Below are positions 8,794 through 18,232 of a stretch of DNA of 36,558 nt, piece by piece (position 1 is the stretch's first letter; every line of letters starts with the position of its first letter). Below the pieces are notes generated by a model, which saw only the letters and a list, made by a program, of their open reading frames with translations, had not been told where the DNA came from and ran no database searches. The position numbers were made by a program, and so were the translations under genes. The stretch is from a virus (taxonomy: Duplodnaviria; Heunggongvirae; Uroviricota; Caudoviricetes), in the IMG/VR virus record IMGVR_UViG_2778261416_000006, positions 1-36,558 of that record; one strand, 5' to 3'.

Positions 8794-10023
8794 TTATGCG
8801 GCAATAACTTTGTATTTTTGAGACGAAACATAGTCACTCCACCATTGCATGAGAACCACACGTTCTGTGAGATACTCTGCACGATTGTAGGCTGCAATTA
8901 TTTCATCTTTTTTCGAGTGGGCAAGGGCGGCTTCTAAGACATCAGTTCTAAACTTGCCACACTCCTCAGCCGCCGTTCTAGCGATTGATCGCATACCATG
9001 AGCTACAAGCTCACCTCCGAAGCCCATACGGATTATAGCCGCATTAGCTGTTTGTTCATGCATGTGATTGAGTGGAGCTTTGATACTGGGAAAAACCCAC
9101 TCTCTATGCCCGCTGATGGCTTTCATTGAATCCAAGACTCGCAAAGATTCTTTGCTCAGTGGAACTTTGTGAGGCTTCTTCATTTTCATAAACTCCGCCG
9201 GGATGTTCCACATGCTGGTTTCTATATCAATATCTGACCATCTTGTGCGAACAGCTTCACCAGGGCGAACCCATGTGAGAAGTTGCCACTCAATCAGTAG
9301 CCTTGTTTCTAAACGGATAGAAGCATTGTTTAGAGCAACCAGGAAGCGGGGGAGTTCGGAAGGGGGTAATGCTGGCATATTCTGTTTTTTTGGCTTGCTG
9401 AACCGTTGCCCCAGGTTGTCAGCCGGATTGAATTCTATGAGTTCTTCTGTTGCTGCATAGCGGAAAATTTCATTCAGGCGGGATATGACGCGGCGAAGTG
9501 TTTCAAGGACACCTCGTTTTTCTATGGGGTCTAAATGCTGTTTAAGCATTTTAGGGCGAATCTCCTTAATGGGGGTATCACCCAACGTTGGAAAGATATT
9601 TCTCTCTAGGCTTCGCCAGATGTCGTTAGCATGATCCTGGGAGATGCCTGACGTTTTGACTTTCTCATCAAGCCACTTCTTGGCTACTGCTTGAAATGTA
9701 TGTTCCGTTGCATCCTTAAGGGCATTGGCTTTGTGGGTGTTATGAACTTGTGGGTCTATACCATTTGCAAGCAACGACAAGTACTCATCACGTAAAGCTC
9801 GTGCCTTCGCAAGTGTAAGGTGAGGATAGGTTCCTAAGCTCACCTTAGTTCGCTTTTTGGTCACAGGCACTGCATATCTGAAATACCAATTTTTCTTTCC
9901 TCCCTTCGCTAAGGGGGCGATTCGCAGGAGCAAACCATCGCCGTCAAAAAGGTTAACCTCTTTCTCGGCAGGTTTGGTGCTTTTGATTTCAGTGTCAGTG
10001 AGCTTCTTAGCGATTTTTGCCAT
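8794..10023 (-). CDS. P4-type tyrosine integrase (IntA/CP4-57-like)
   Basis: N-terminus MAKIAKKLTDTEIK and overall pattern resemble E. coli IntA as I recall it. C-terminal HGMRSIARTAA (HxxR) and AYNRAEYLTERVVLMQWW. Start placed at ATG 10023 rather than track start 10167. Confidence 0.8.
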   Translation of the reverse strand: MAKIAKKLTDTEIKSTKPAEKEVNLFDGDGLLLRIAPLAKGGKKNWYFRYAVPVTKKRTKVSLGTYPHLTLAKARALRDEYLSLLANGIDPQVHNTHKANALKDATEHTFQAVAKKWLDEKVKTSGISQDHANDIWRSLERNIFPTLGDTPIKEIRPKMLKQHLDPIEKRGVLETLRRVISRLNEIFRYAATEELIEFNPADNLGQRFSKPKKQNMPALPPSELPRFLVALNNASIRLETRLLIEWQLLTWVRPGEAVRTRWSDIDIETSMWNIPAEFMKMKKPHKVPLSKESLRVLDSMKAISGHREWVFPSIKAPLNHMHEQTANAAIIRMGFGGELVAHGMRSIARTAAEECGKFRTDVLEAALAHSKKDEIIAAYNRAEYLTERVVLMQWWSDYVSSQKYKVIAA

Positions 10024-10189
10024 GTTTGGGACCCTCATGTTTTGGACCCTTTGTGTTGGGTCCCAAAAAGGGTGCCATAACGAGTAGATTCTAGCAATTC
10101 TCGGTAGACTACTATAGACGTAAAAAAGCCCGCAAGGCTGGTTCCATGCGGGCTTGATAGACTTCACTGAACTTCAATATATCAAAAAT

Positions 10190-10218
10190 TGGTGGAGCTG
10201 GCGGGAGTTGAACCCGCG
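10190..10218 (-). repeat. ssrA: 29-nt copy of the 3' end of the tmRNA gene ssrA (attachment-site core)
   Basis: Minus strand reads CGCGGGTTCAACTCCCGCCAGCTCCACCA, matching the T-arm, 3' acceptor strand and CCA end of E. coli ssrA as recalled. Sequence beyond (10219 onward) is not ssrA. Lies about 165 bp from the integrase start. Confidence 0.7.
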
Positions 10219-10289
10219 TTCTTTTTACTTTATCTTTATGTTTTATAAGAGTTTTACAGGGCGCTGATACGATGCGTAGCTTTAACGGA

Positions 10290-11060
10290 TCTTTATTGCA
10301 GGATATATCCTAAAATGACTAGGCTGTGTCCCTTAATTACGTAACCGTTGATAAAAGAATCGGATGCAGCCAGTTTTAGCATCGCCAGATAATTTCTCGC
10401 CGTTTTGTCGTAACGCATAGCAATGCGGCGGTATTCTTTCAGGCGACCAAAACACCGTTCAACGACGTTGTGATTGCGATACGCATCACGATCAATCCGT
10501 GCACGTCCATCTGATGCCATTTTTTTCATTTGAGTTTCGGGGGATGATTGCCTTTATGCCTTTATTTTTCAGCTCGTTACGCGAACTAGCTTTCATGAGA
10601 CTGCCCGGGGCTTAGTACGATATTTAACGGGAGGCCGCTTCCGTCTGTTGCCAGATGGATTTTGGTGCCCAAACCGCCTCGAGAGCGACCCTGCCCATTA
10701 TCTCCGTCGATATTGGGATGTTTTTTTGAGCCCCGTCGGCGCATTTAAACGCCCGGATATTACTACCATTCAGCGCTGTGGCAGACCAGTCAACAAAGCT
10801 GTTCGCATCAAGTAGTGAAAGCAATCTGTTGAAAATGATGTTAATTACGCCTGACTTTGACCAACTGTTAAAGCGGTTATAAACGGTTTACCATGGCCCA
10901 TATCGTTCGGGTAAATCGCGCCATGGTGTGCCGGAACACAACACCAGAACATGCCATTGATGATTTTACGATGCTCTGCCCATGAGATACCTGCCCGTCG
11001 TGTGACAGGTTCTGGGGCAACAAGGGGGTGATGATGGTCTATACTTCATCGGGGAGGTCG
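10290..11060 (-). mobile_element. degraded IS5-family (IS427-like) transposase remnant
   Basis: Minus-strand translations give GRSRGGLGTKIHLATDGSGLPLNIVLSPGQSHES and DRDAYRNHNVVERCFGRLKEYRRIAMRYDKTARNYLAMLKLAA, typical of IS5-family DDE transposases, but split over several frames with in-frame stops. Boundaries approximate. Confidence 0.6.
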
Positions 11061-11324
11061 TAGCGAGCCATGATTCAATATGTTGTGGAAACAGGCCGTT
11101 ACTATAGATCAAGCTATTACGGGACACAGCCTTAAGTTATTTTATCGATTGACGATATATTTTAAAGAGAATGGTGATTTTATTATCAATAAAAACAATA
11201 AATTAAACGTTACTGCTTTTTTAACGGTTAAGCAACATCTCTTGAAAAATAAGTTTATAGTCATTATTATACGCCAACTTAGCTGGCCCTTGGATGGGTT
11301 ATTCTGCAAAATTAGAAGAATAAG

Positions 11325-11894
11325 ATGAACCAGTGCACACAGTGGTTGGGGTATCATGGCACCAGTGTTTTATGTGCTAATTCAATCATTAATACAAATT
11401 TTAATGTCAGTAGACAAGAAAATGATTGGCTTGGTACCGGAGCCTATTTTTTCATTGAGTCGCCGGGATTGTTGGCCCCAGAAGAAAAAGCGGCTCAATG
11501 GGCTAACATTAGGGCTAGTAATGCGAGACCTAACTATACTAATCTAGCAGTGTTAGAAGCTACCATTGAAGTTGAGCAGTATCTTGACTTAGACAATGAT
11601 GAGCACATAGCCGCTCTCAACAAAGTGAGAGAGGTTTACATGGAAATCATGAAGTCTGAGGGTAAGAAACCAACTGGTAACAGATTGTTTGACAAATGCT
11701 GTTTTTGTAACTATGTAATGCATGAGCATGGTATTGACGCCCTGATACGTAAAGAGTATATCAAAACTACAAGAGAGGAGCTTGATTATGGTTTTGAAGG
11801 GGGAGTTCCTAACTGCAGAGTCTTATGCGTTAAAGACCCTAAAGCGAGTGTTAAGTCCATACGATTCGCGGTCGAGAGAAGGAGAGTACGATGA
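11325..11894 (+). CDS. putative ADP-ribosyltransferase-fold (H-Y-E class, PARP/DarT-like) toxin candidate
   Basis: YHGTSVLCANSIINTNF followed by WLGTGAYFF resembles the HG[ST]...GxGxYF signature of H-Y-E ADP-ribosyltransferases; assignment by eye only. AT-rich; stop overlaps next start (ATGA). Confidence 0.45.
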   Translation: MNQCTQWLGYHGTSVLCANSIINTNFNVSRQENDWLGTGAYFFIESPGLLAPEEKAAQWANIRASNARPNYTNLAVLEATIEVEQYLDLDNDEHIAALNKVREVYMEIMKSEGKKPTGNRLFDKCCFCNYVMHEHGIDALIRKEYIKTTREELDYGFEGGVPNCRVLCVKDPKASVKSIRFAVERRRVR

Positions 11895-12256
11895 ACATCA
11901 ATTTATGGCTCGAAAAGACCTTGGACTCTATAAGGTCAACTGATCCGAAAGCTCTCATGGTGAGGATGGAGCGGTATGGATTGATTGAAGATGATGTTAA
12001 TAAAAATAAGGAAATGTCTCATTCTGGTTATGAATATACAGTTTGTGAGGATCTTCCTAGAGAGGTTCCTTTTGCGTCCTATTTTTTCATTGATAACGCT
12101 TCGTATCATGAAGAATCTATAAATGCTTTATCCGTGCAGTTGACTTTCACAACAGCGCCGCGTGAAGCGGCGTTTTCATTGGCTTCACGTCCAGTGTTTT
12201 ATACATCAGAGATTGCTTGTGGAAATTCTCTGGATCATATTGCCCAGGCTGCTTAA
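11891..12256 (+). CDS. hypothetical protein, candidate antitoxin or adaptor
   Basis: ATG 11891 preceded by AAGGAG; coupled to flanking genes. No motif recognised. Confidence 0.45.
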   Translation: MNINLWLEKTLDSIRSTDPKALMVRMERYGLIEDDVNKNKEMSHSGYEYTVCEDLPREVPFASYFFIDNASYHEESINALSVQLTFTTAPREAAFSLASRPVFYTSEIACGNSLDHIAQAA

Positions 12257-12257
12257 T

Positions 12258-12644
12258 ATGAAATTTCAATTAAATAAGAATCAAATAGAAAAGTTAAGTA
12301 TTGAACATTTTATAAATGAATCATCTATTAAAAACAGTTTTTCATTTTCACATACATGCAAGTATGATGAAGAAAAGAATAATGAGTTTATCATTTCTTT
12401 TAAATTTGAACTTACATCTGACAATGGTTTTAAACTTATTTTTACGCATAATTTCTTTTTTGAATGCGATGAACCAATTACAGAAGAGTTTTTACAGTCA
12501 CATTACACATCAGTGAACGCTCCTGCTATTGCCTATCCTTATGTAAGAGCATTTGTGGCAACATTACTTTTAAACGCAGGCTTAGAGTCTGTTTTATTGC
12601 CTGCTGTTAATTTTGTTGAGCATGCTAAATCGCAAGATAAATGA
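12258..12644 (+). CDS. SecB-like chaperone
   Basis: C-terminal AIAYPYVRAFVATLLLNAGLESVLLPAVNF parallels SecB [30 protein letters not shown]. ATG sits 1 nt after upstream stop; the track ORF 12162-12644 is treated as an N-terminal over-extension. Confidence 0.6.
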   Translation: MKFQLNKNQIEKLSIEHFINESSIKNSFSFSHTCKYDEEKNNEFIISFKFELTSDNGFKLIFTHNFFFECDEPITEEFLQSHYTSVNAPAIAYPYVRAFVATLLLNAGLESVLLPAVNFVEHAKSQDK

Positions 12645-12649
12645 TTAAA

Positions 12650-12674
12650 ATGAGAGCAAATAAATTGCTCTCAT
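12650..12674. terminator. bidirectional hairpin terminator between convergent genes
   Basis: 9-bp stem atgagagca / tgctctcat with 7-nt loop, flanked by A-run upstream and T-rich downstream; overlaps integrase stop codon. Confidence 0.5.
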
Positions 12675-13840
12675 TTATACATGATATCATTTATGGTATT
12701 TTCGTTATCGTACTCTTTTAAATATCTTCCATAATGCCTAAATAGCATTTCTGGTCCTTTATGTCCCATTTGTCCAGCAAGCCAAAATAGGTTCGCCCCT
12801 TGACTGATATGGCGAGTAGCGAATGTGTGTCTCGTTTGATATGGATTACGGTATCTGATTCCTGCTTTTCTCAATATTGGCACCCATGCTTTTTTCCTAA
12901 TTGCATCAGCACTTGCCCAGGGTTTATTGGTCTTTGGATCTTCAAAGACAGTAGCATTCTTTATGAATGTAAATGGCTTCTGGTTTATCAACGCCAACAT
13001 TGCTTCTTCAGTCAGTTCAACTTTACGGGTACCGGCTTTTGTCTTTGTTCCTTTGATAACTCCGACAACACTTGCGCTCTGAACATGGGCTGTTTTTCCA
13101 ACAAAGTCGATATCATGCCATCGTAGGGCACATAATTCAGAACTACGCAGGCCTGTATGTATGGCGAACCGGAACAGATTTTCCCATTGTTTGTTTCCGG
13201 CTGCTGCTAGTAATGCATCAACTTCTGCTGGTGATAGCGGATCAACTAAGTAGCTGCTTTCTGCTTCTGACTTATCACTTTGGTAGCGCGAAGCTGTTAC
13301 TAACGATACGGGGTTAATTTGAAGTACCCCATCGGTCACGGCTTCATCAAGTGCTGACCGCAGGAAAGATAACTGGTTGCGAATGGTTTTTAAGGTCGTT
13401 TTCTGGCTTTGAATCCACGCTTTCAGGGTTGCTGGTGTTAATTCACTTGCAGGGCAAATGTGAAGTGAGGCTAACGCACTACGGCATTTTTTATAACCAC
13501 CGATCGTGGATGGTGAAAGTTTCCTCGTTTCGCAGATTTCAAGATATTCGTCTAGGTACATTTTTACCGTTTTGCCAGCGGCAGCATTACCAAAAATTTT
13601 CAAACGAGCAGAACGGGGAAAATATTCTGCATAAATGAATGTTCCCCTTTCGATCTTATTATGGATTTCGCCGAGTGTACGCTCGGCGTATTTAATGTTC
13701 TTTGGTGTTACTTCCAGATTGGAAAGCGGCTCACGACATCTAACTCCTTTGTAGGTGAAAGTTATATTGATCGTTTCTCCTTGGCGGTGTTTCCTGATTG
13801 TTACGCCGCGCGGTAGTTTGAGCAGTTTTGTCTGGCCCAT
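12671..13840 (-). CDS. lambda-type tyrosine integrase
   Basis: C-terminal catalytic region RHTFATRHISQG (HxxR) and MLFRHYGRYL (Tyr); N-terminal arm-binding-like region. ATG at 13840. Confidence 0.85.
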   Translation of the reverse strand: MGQTKLLKLPRGVTIRKHRQGETINITFTYKGVRCREPLSNLEVTPKNIKYAERTLGEIHNKIERGTFIYAEYFPRSARLKIFGNAAAGKTVKMYLDEYLEICETRKLSPSTIGGYKKCRSALASLHICPASELTPATLKAWIQSQKTTLKTIRNQLSFLRSALDEAVTDGVLQINPVSLVTASRYQSDKSEAESSYLVDPLSPAEVDALLAAAGNKQWENLFRFAIHTGLRSSELCALRWHDIDFVGKTAHVQSASVVGVIKGTKTKAGTRKVELTEEAMLALINQKPFTFIKNATVFEDPKTNKPWASADAIRKKAWVPILRKAGIRYRNPYQTRHTFATRHISQGANLFWLAGQMGHKGPEMLFRHYGRYLKEYDNENTINDIMYK

Positions 13841-14007
13841 TTTGCAACCTCACTAAGATCAATCCACCTCTCCTTAACGCCTTCAACCTTTAAAACCTGA
13901 ACACCTTCACGCCAAACACCGCGCTGTACACGTTTGTTTATTGCTTCAGGAGTTTCGCCAGTTTCTTTGCAATAAGTTGAGATAGGAACACAATCGAGGT
14001 TCAGCAT
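13801..14007 (-). CDS. putative excisionase
   Basis: Small basic protein directly upstream of int, overlapping it by 40 nt. GGAG precedes ATG 14007; track start 14019 is a GTG. Confidence 0.55.
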   Translation of the reverse strand: MLNLDCVPISTYCKETGETPEAINKRVQRGVWREGVQVLKVEGVKERWIDLSEVAKWARQNCSNYRAA

Positions 14008-14066
14008 ATGTTTCTCCACTTAGCCCGCTGCACACGGGCAGTAATATCAAATTTCAGTCCTGATAA

Positions 14067-14282
14067 TTAATTTTGTTCTCTGGTTGCTACCTGTTTAATT
14101 GGCCTGATGCTGTCCAGGAGCAGTCGGCGGCGCGTATTTTCTGCAAAGTGGCGGCGTCCGGTTTCTTTGTGGTAAAACTCGTTTTTTCCGACGACCCACA
14201 TCCGCTTTGTCTGGTGCAGTTTTTTTACCTGCGGACCGTTTCGGGTAATAACAATTCCTGTATGAGTTTTTATCACGCTCAT
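14067..14282 (-). CDS. phage early protein, function unknown
   Basis: ATG-initiated ORF coupled to the upstream gene; position corresponds to yfdT in the CPS-53 yfdP-Q-R-S-T order. Confidence 0.45.
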   Translation of the reverse strand: MSVIKTHTGIVITRNGPQVKKLHQTKRMWVVGKNEFYHKETGRRHFAENTRRRLLLDSIRPIKQVATREQN

Positions 14283-14641
14283 TTCTTATTCTCCGGTGCT
14301 TTCGGCATTACTGCCCAGTGAGTGATATTGACGTTTTCAAGGTCCCCGACCTGAAATGTCCACTGCCATTCTCCGGTTTCTTTTTGTCCCCAGGTGTACC
14401 AGAGAGAACGCCAGCCAATTAGCCAGCCTTCTCCGTTAGCATCAAATAACAGAACACTTTCATTTGCAGGTGGCAGTTCAGCTGACACTGGTATTATTTT
14501 GTTTTCCAGTGCCGCACATTTAGCTTCAAGCGCGTCGAATTTACGTACCAGGTACTCAGCATTTGTTTCGTTCACTTTCAGATCTCGCGGTACACATTTC
14601 CCGCGAAGAAACCCTTCCATTTCGAAAACATTCATGCGCAT
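14279..14641 (-). CDS. phage early protein (YfdS-like), function unknown
   Basis: 120 aa, same size and position as yfdS in CPS-53 as recalled; coupled to flanking genes. Confidence 0.5.
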   Translation of the reverse strand: MRMNVFEMEGFLRGKCVPRDLKVNETNAEYLVRKFDALEAKCAALENKIIPVSAELPPANESVLLFDANGEGWLIGWRSLWYTWGQKETGEWQWTFQVGDLENVNITHWAVMPKAPENKK

Positions 14642-15168
14642 TTGCGTAACTCCGATAACTCGTTAAAACGTTCCATAAACATCCCATAGGCATGGCCCGG
14701 TGCCAGTGGAATAACTTTGAACATATCTGTTGCCGGGATACCTTCCAGTACAGGCCAGAAAGAGCCATCATCAAGCCCGAGATCGCGGCGTTCAGTTGCC
14801 AGCATGATGAGATCGGCATATTTCACGGGCGTGCTCATAACCGGGGGTAACCCGTATTTCTCACGGATTACGGCGTCTATTTTTTCTTCCATCCGTTTAT
14901 AGTCAGGAAGAAGGCGTTTCAGTGGAGCGGGAATATCCTGGCAATACGCTTCTGTTGCATCATGCATTAACGCTTCAAAAGCAAATTCCTGCGGTACCAG
15001 TTGGCTGCAAAGCACCGCATGTTGGGCGACGCTGTAGAAGTGTGAAAGATGTCCTGCAAAGCGACAGATATTTGAAAGGGAAACCGCGATATCGTTAATA
15101 ACGATGTCGTCTTTATTTATCTTGTCATAATAAAAATGCTTCCCGGAAAAAGTTTTAATAAATGACAT
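14632..15168 (-). CDS. HD-domain phosphohydrolase (YfdR-like 5'-deoxynucleotidase)
   Basis: HD signature LSNICRFAGH ... EALMHDATEAY. ATG 15168 preceded by GGAG gives 178 aa; track start 15195 is a GTG. Confidence 0.7.
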   Translation of the reverse strand: MSFIKTFSGKHFYYDKINKDDIVINDIAVSLSNICRFAGHLSHFYSVAQHAVLCSQLVPQEFAFEALMHDATEAYCQDIPAPLKRLLPDYKRMEEKIDAVIREKYGLPPVMSTPVKYADLIMLATERRDLGLDDGSFWPVLEGIPATDMFKVIPLAPGHAYGMFMERFNELSELRKCA

Positions 15169-15295
15169 TTTGTTCTCCACGTATATGCGCTGCACCGCGC
15201 TGAATTCTGGTAAAAGGAAGCCCTCACCATCCGGCGATTATTGAGTAAATTATGTTTCCATAAATGCCCCCGCAGGGGCATTTGCAGTAATGAAA

Positions 15296-16120
15296 TCAGG
15301 CGGTGAAAGTACCAATAAAGGTTTCTACTTTGCTGTCTTTAAATTTCTCAACAAGCAGATCACGAAATTCGTTAGCCATTTCTTCCTGCACCGCTTCCAG
15401 CTGAATAATGCGCAGAACCAGTACAGGACGATCGCCAGTGATAATGCTGAGGCGTAATTTAAACGGACGTTCTTTCAGGCCTTCAAACGGAACGCATTTA
15501 AATTCAAATGCCACTGGCATAATGTCTTTGGTCTTCGCTTCGACAGACTCCATCAGGGAGCGTTTGCCGCTGAAGTCATTGTCTTCAAAATCAGCGGTCT
15601 GGTTCGCTTCAATTGTGATTTTACGGATCGCCGCAGCCGCTTTGGTTGCCTGAATGGCGTCACCATTAGCATCAAAGCCCACAAGGTAGTCGGCCCAGTC
15701 TTCAATCCATTCTGCCAGTGACTTTTGGGAGTTACGCTCGCCATTAACAGACAACAGAGCAGAGAACGGTGCTGTCTTTTTCAGTTTGAGAGTGGCGGTG
15801 TTATCTGCGTGACCTGGTTCATCAATAGTACCCAGGTTAAGCACACTGACGGCACGCATATTATCGGCATCGATAAAGCAGCGGGTGCCTTCATCTGCAA
15901 GATCTTTAGAATAACGGGTAAAGTCATCGATGCTGGCAGTGGAAAGCGCACCACGGAAACGGAAGCGATTTAAATTAAATTTTTCCAGATCATGAATGCG
16001 GAAATTCTCAGGCAATGCCACAGCATCGGCACCAATCTTACTGATAATTTCATTAACACCCTGAGCAGAAATAAGGGCATGGATTTGATTAATTGCGGTT
16101 GCGTCTAAGTTCTGAGACAT
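15296..16120 (-). CDS. YfdQ-like prophage protein, function unknown
   Basis: 274 aa, ATG with GAGGA upstream; size and neighbours match yfdQ of CPS-53 as recalled. Confidence 0.55.
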   Translation of the reverse strand: MSQNLDATAINQIHALISAQGVNEIISKIGADAVALPENFRIHDLEKFNLNRFRFRGALSTASIDDFTRYSKDLADEGTRCFIDADNMRAVSVLNLGTIDEPGHADNTATLKLKKTAPFSALLSVNGERNSQKSLAEWIEDWADYLVGFDANGDAIQATKAAAAIRKITIEANQTADFEDNDFSGKRSLMESVEAKTKDIMPVAFEFKCVPFEGLKERPFKLRLSIITGDRPVLVLRIIQLEAVQEEMANEFRDLLVEKFKDSKVETFIGTFTA

Positions 16121-16185
16121 AATAAGTCCTCACTATATAAAGATATTCAGTGATGAGATAAATAATCAGTTAATTAAGAACGATA

Positions 16186-16548
16186 TTAATGACCTGCTGC
16201 GCGTAGTTTTCCGTCAGGTTCACCGGCAAGAGTCAGTAATTGTCCCTGGTCTTCCTGCAGAATAGTCAGGCGACCACCGCGATTGACATACATCGGTGTT
16301 TCGGTGGTGTCTTCTTCGGAAATTTTCCCGCGGTTAGTCGGGCGAACATATGAGAGTTTGTGTTTGATTTTCACACGGTTCTCATCAAATGGTTCGATTT
16401 CCAGGTTGAGCGAGACCTTACCTTTGGTTTTCGTGTTCATCACACCGGAAGCGACTTCACTGAGAACTGCGCCGATTTTGGTTTCAAATACGCCGCCGTC
16501 CAGCTCCCCGATAAATGCCTGCACATCAGTACTGCGTTCGCTAGCCAT
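16186..16548 (-). CDS. YfdP-like prophage protein (120 aa)
   Basis: Start placed at ATG 16548 (MASERSTDVQ...) preceded by GAGGAG; the track N-terminal extension to 16734 is Cys/Arg-rich and unlikely to be coding. Confidence 0.5.
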   Translation of the reverse strand: MASERSTDVQAFIGELDGGVFETKIGAVLSEVASGVMNTKTKGKVSLNLEIEPFDENRVKIKHKLSYVRPTNRGKISEEDTTETPMYVNRGGRLTILQEDQGQLLTLAGEPDGKLRAAGH

Positions 16549-17201
16549 TTTGCTGCTCCTCATCATATCGACCCTGCAAGGTCGGTTAGTTTCTCCACAA
16601 AACAGAGAAGAACACCTGCGGTGGCAGCCGCCCGGATGGATTGGGTTATGAGCCCGTCGTCCGGTGATGCTCTTCTCTGTTTTGTAAAAAGAGCGGTACC
16701 AGCCGGAAGCAAGTGTACAAACTGGTACCGCCAAAGCAGTGGCTGTTGTGGTGACCGGTGCTGATCTCCGGCTTGCGGTTATTTCAGACTCTCACGGGCG
16801 TTTAATTGCCCCGCCGAACAGCTCTTTTCCGCAATAGCTGCAATGTCTTTCGCGCATCAGCCTGCGCATTCACCACAACGCTGAGAGCACTTAGCCAGTT
16901 ACGGCACCACACTTTGTCGCGGTTCCATAAATGCCCTCATCGTTGCACCCTGGTCTCTTCCCAGGCGTCAAACCGAATCGCCACGCTGGTTAGGCGTCTT
17001 ATCAGCATCATCATTGACTTGCACATTCCGGCTACCTGGTTTGTTTGCCCGAGCAAGGAGTGGATTGTCCCCTTTAACGTCACCAGACCGCTAACGACGC
17101 ATGTGCCATACGCCGTGTTACAACCAAATTTTGTTTTAATCTTGCCTGTAACATGTTTCTTTTAGATACATTATGTATCTCAAGGGTACATTGTCAAGTA
17201 T

Positions 17202-17223
17202 AAAAAAACCTGCCGAAGCAGGT
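17202..17223 (-). terminator. rho-independent terminator after the repressor gene
   Basis: Hairpin cctgc cgaa gcagg followed on the minus strand by a 7-nt T-run, 13 nt after the CI-like stop. Confidence 0.5.
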
Positions 17224-17235
17224 TATAAATATTGA

Positions 17236-17910
17236 TTAGGCCTTTATTTTGTATCTTCTTGGTTTTCCTGAGAAAATTACTGTACCAATTATAGAGCAAT
17301 TACCGTTGATCTTAATGTAAGGTTCAGGCCAGTTTGGGTTTAATGCTTTGAGGTAACGCTGTGTTCCATCTTCTATCAACCGCTTAAAGGTGGTTTCGCC
17401 TGTATCGTGCATCAATGCAATAACGTCGTCACCGTGGCAGGCAGGGACTTCAGGATCTACAAAAATCATGTCTCCCGGGCGGTACTCATCAATCATTGAA
17501 TCACCAATCACCCGCAAGATATAAGTCATTTCGCCACAGGGTACAGGGCAGGGATAAGTTTCTGCTGTGCTCAAATCAACCTCAGAATAGCCAACTTCTT
17601 TCCATGCTCCGGCCTGTACCCATGATATGACAGGGACTAACGTTATTTGTTTGTTAGTGATTGAAACATCAGGTTTTTTTGTGATGTTCGTGGTCTGGTG
17701 TTCTTGATCAAGCCATCCGACAGGCAGGTCGAAACATTTTTCAATGTGCCTTGCCATGCTGTCACCGATATTTTTAGTAGCACCATCTCCCATAAACCTG
17801 CTGGTCTGGGTTGGCTCGCGATCAATCATGGTGGCAAAGGAAGAATTCCCGCCAACACCATCTCTCAGTTTTCTGGCGTTAGACCGCCGGATGTCATGGA
17901 CTGTTTTCAT
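17236..17910 (-). CDS. CI-like phage repressor (HTH plus S24 LexA-type peptidase domain)
   Basis: C-terminal VIGDSM (catalytic Ser) and TFKRL (Lys) motifs; N-terminal DNA-binding region; divergent from the Cro-like gene. Confidence 0.8.
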   Translation of the reverse strand: MKTVHDIRRSNARKLRDGVGGNSSFATMIDREPTQTSRFMGDGATKNIGDSMARHIEKCFDLPVGWLDQEHQTTNITKKPDVSITNKQITLVPVISWVQAGAWKEVGYSEVDLSTAETYPCPVPCGEMTYILRVIGDSMIDEYRPGDMIFVDPEVPACHGDDVIALMHDTGETTFKRLIEDGTQRYLKALNPNWPEPYIKINGNCSIIGTVIFSGKPRRYKIKA

Positions 17911-18000
17911 AAAGAAATTAAAACCTTTGTACCGATAAGGTACAAGTATCTTGAAGGTTCATCTTAATCATGTAATATGTATATCGGAGGTACATATTGT
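17911..18000. promoter_or_regulatory. immunity switch region with operator-like palindromes
   Basis: 19-bp palindrome TTGTACCgataaGGTACAA at 17927-17945 and TACAtatTGTA at 17990-18000 between the divergent CI and Cro genes. A similar palindrome AGATACAttATGTATCT lies at 17164-17180. Confidence 0.4.
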
Positions 18001-18201
18001 ATGAAAGCGTATTGGGACTCTTTAACCAAAGAACAGCAGGGCGAGTTGGCCGGAAAAGTTGGCTCAACACCAGGCTACTTACGGCTGGTTTTCAATGGTT
18101 ATAAAAAAGCCAGTTTTGTGCTGGCTAAAAAACTTGAGCAATGCACGTCAGGTGCAATTACGAAATCTGACTTAAGACCGGATATCTATCCGAAAGATTA
18201 A
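18001..18201 (+). CDS. Cro-like HTH regulator
   Basis: 66 aa from ATG 18001 with GGAGG about 10 nt upstream; divergent from the repressor. Confidence 0.6.
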   Translation: MKAYWDSLTKEQQGELAGKVGSTPGYLRLVFNGYKKASFVLAKKLEQCTSGAITKSDLRPDIYPKD

Positions 18202-18232
18202 CAGAACACCTTCAATTTTTAACCACAGAACG

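Noticed and set aside
9203-10087. Two + strand ORFs (85 and 76 aa)
   Set aside because: Antisense to the well-supported integrase gene; no independent signals.
10024-10167. N-terminal extension of the integrase ORF in the track
   Set aside because: Extension is Trp/Pro-rich and unlike integrase N-termini; internal ATG at 10023 gives an IntA-like N-terminus.
10190-10560. Possible intact tmRNA or tRNA gene
   Set aside because: Only the last 29 nt match ssrA; sequence beyond is unrelated, so this is an att-site fragment rather than a gene.
12162-12257. Track ORF start extending the SecB-like gene upstream
   Set aside because: Extension overlaps the preceding gene out of frame and is Leu/His-rich; ATG at 12258 fits better.
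16806-17165. 119-aa + strand ORF
   Set aside because: Cys/Arg/Thr-rich composition in the region between the repressor and early-left genes; more likely non-coding regulatory DNA.
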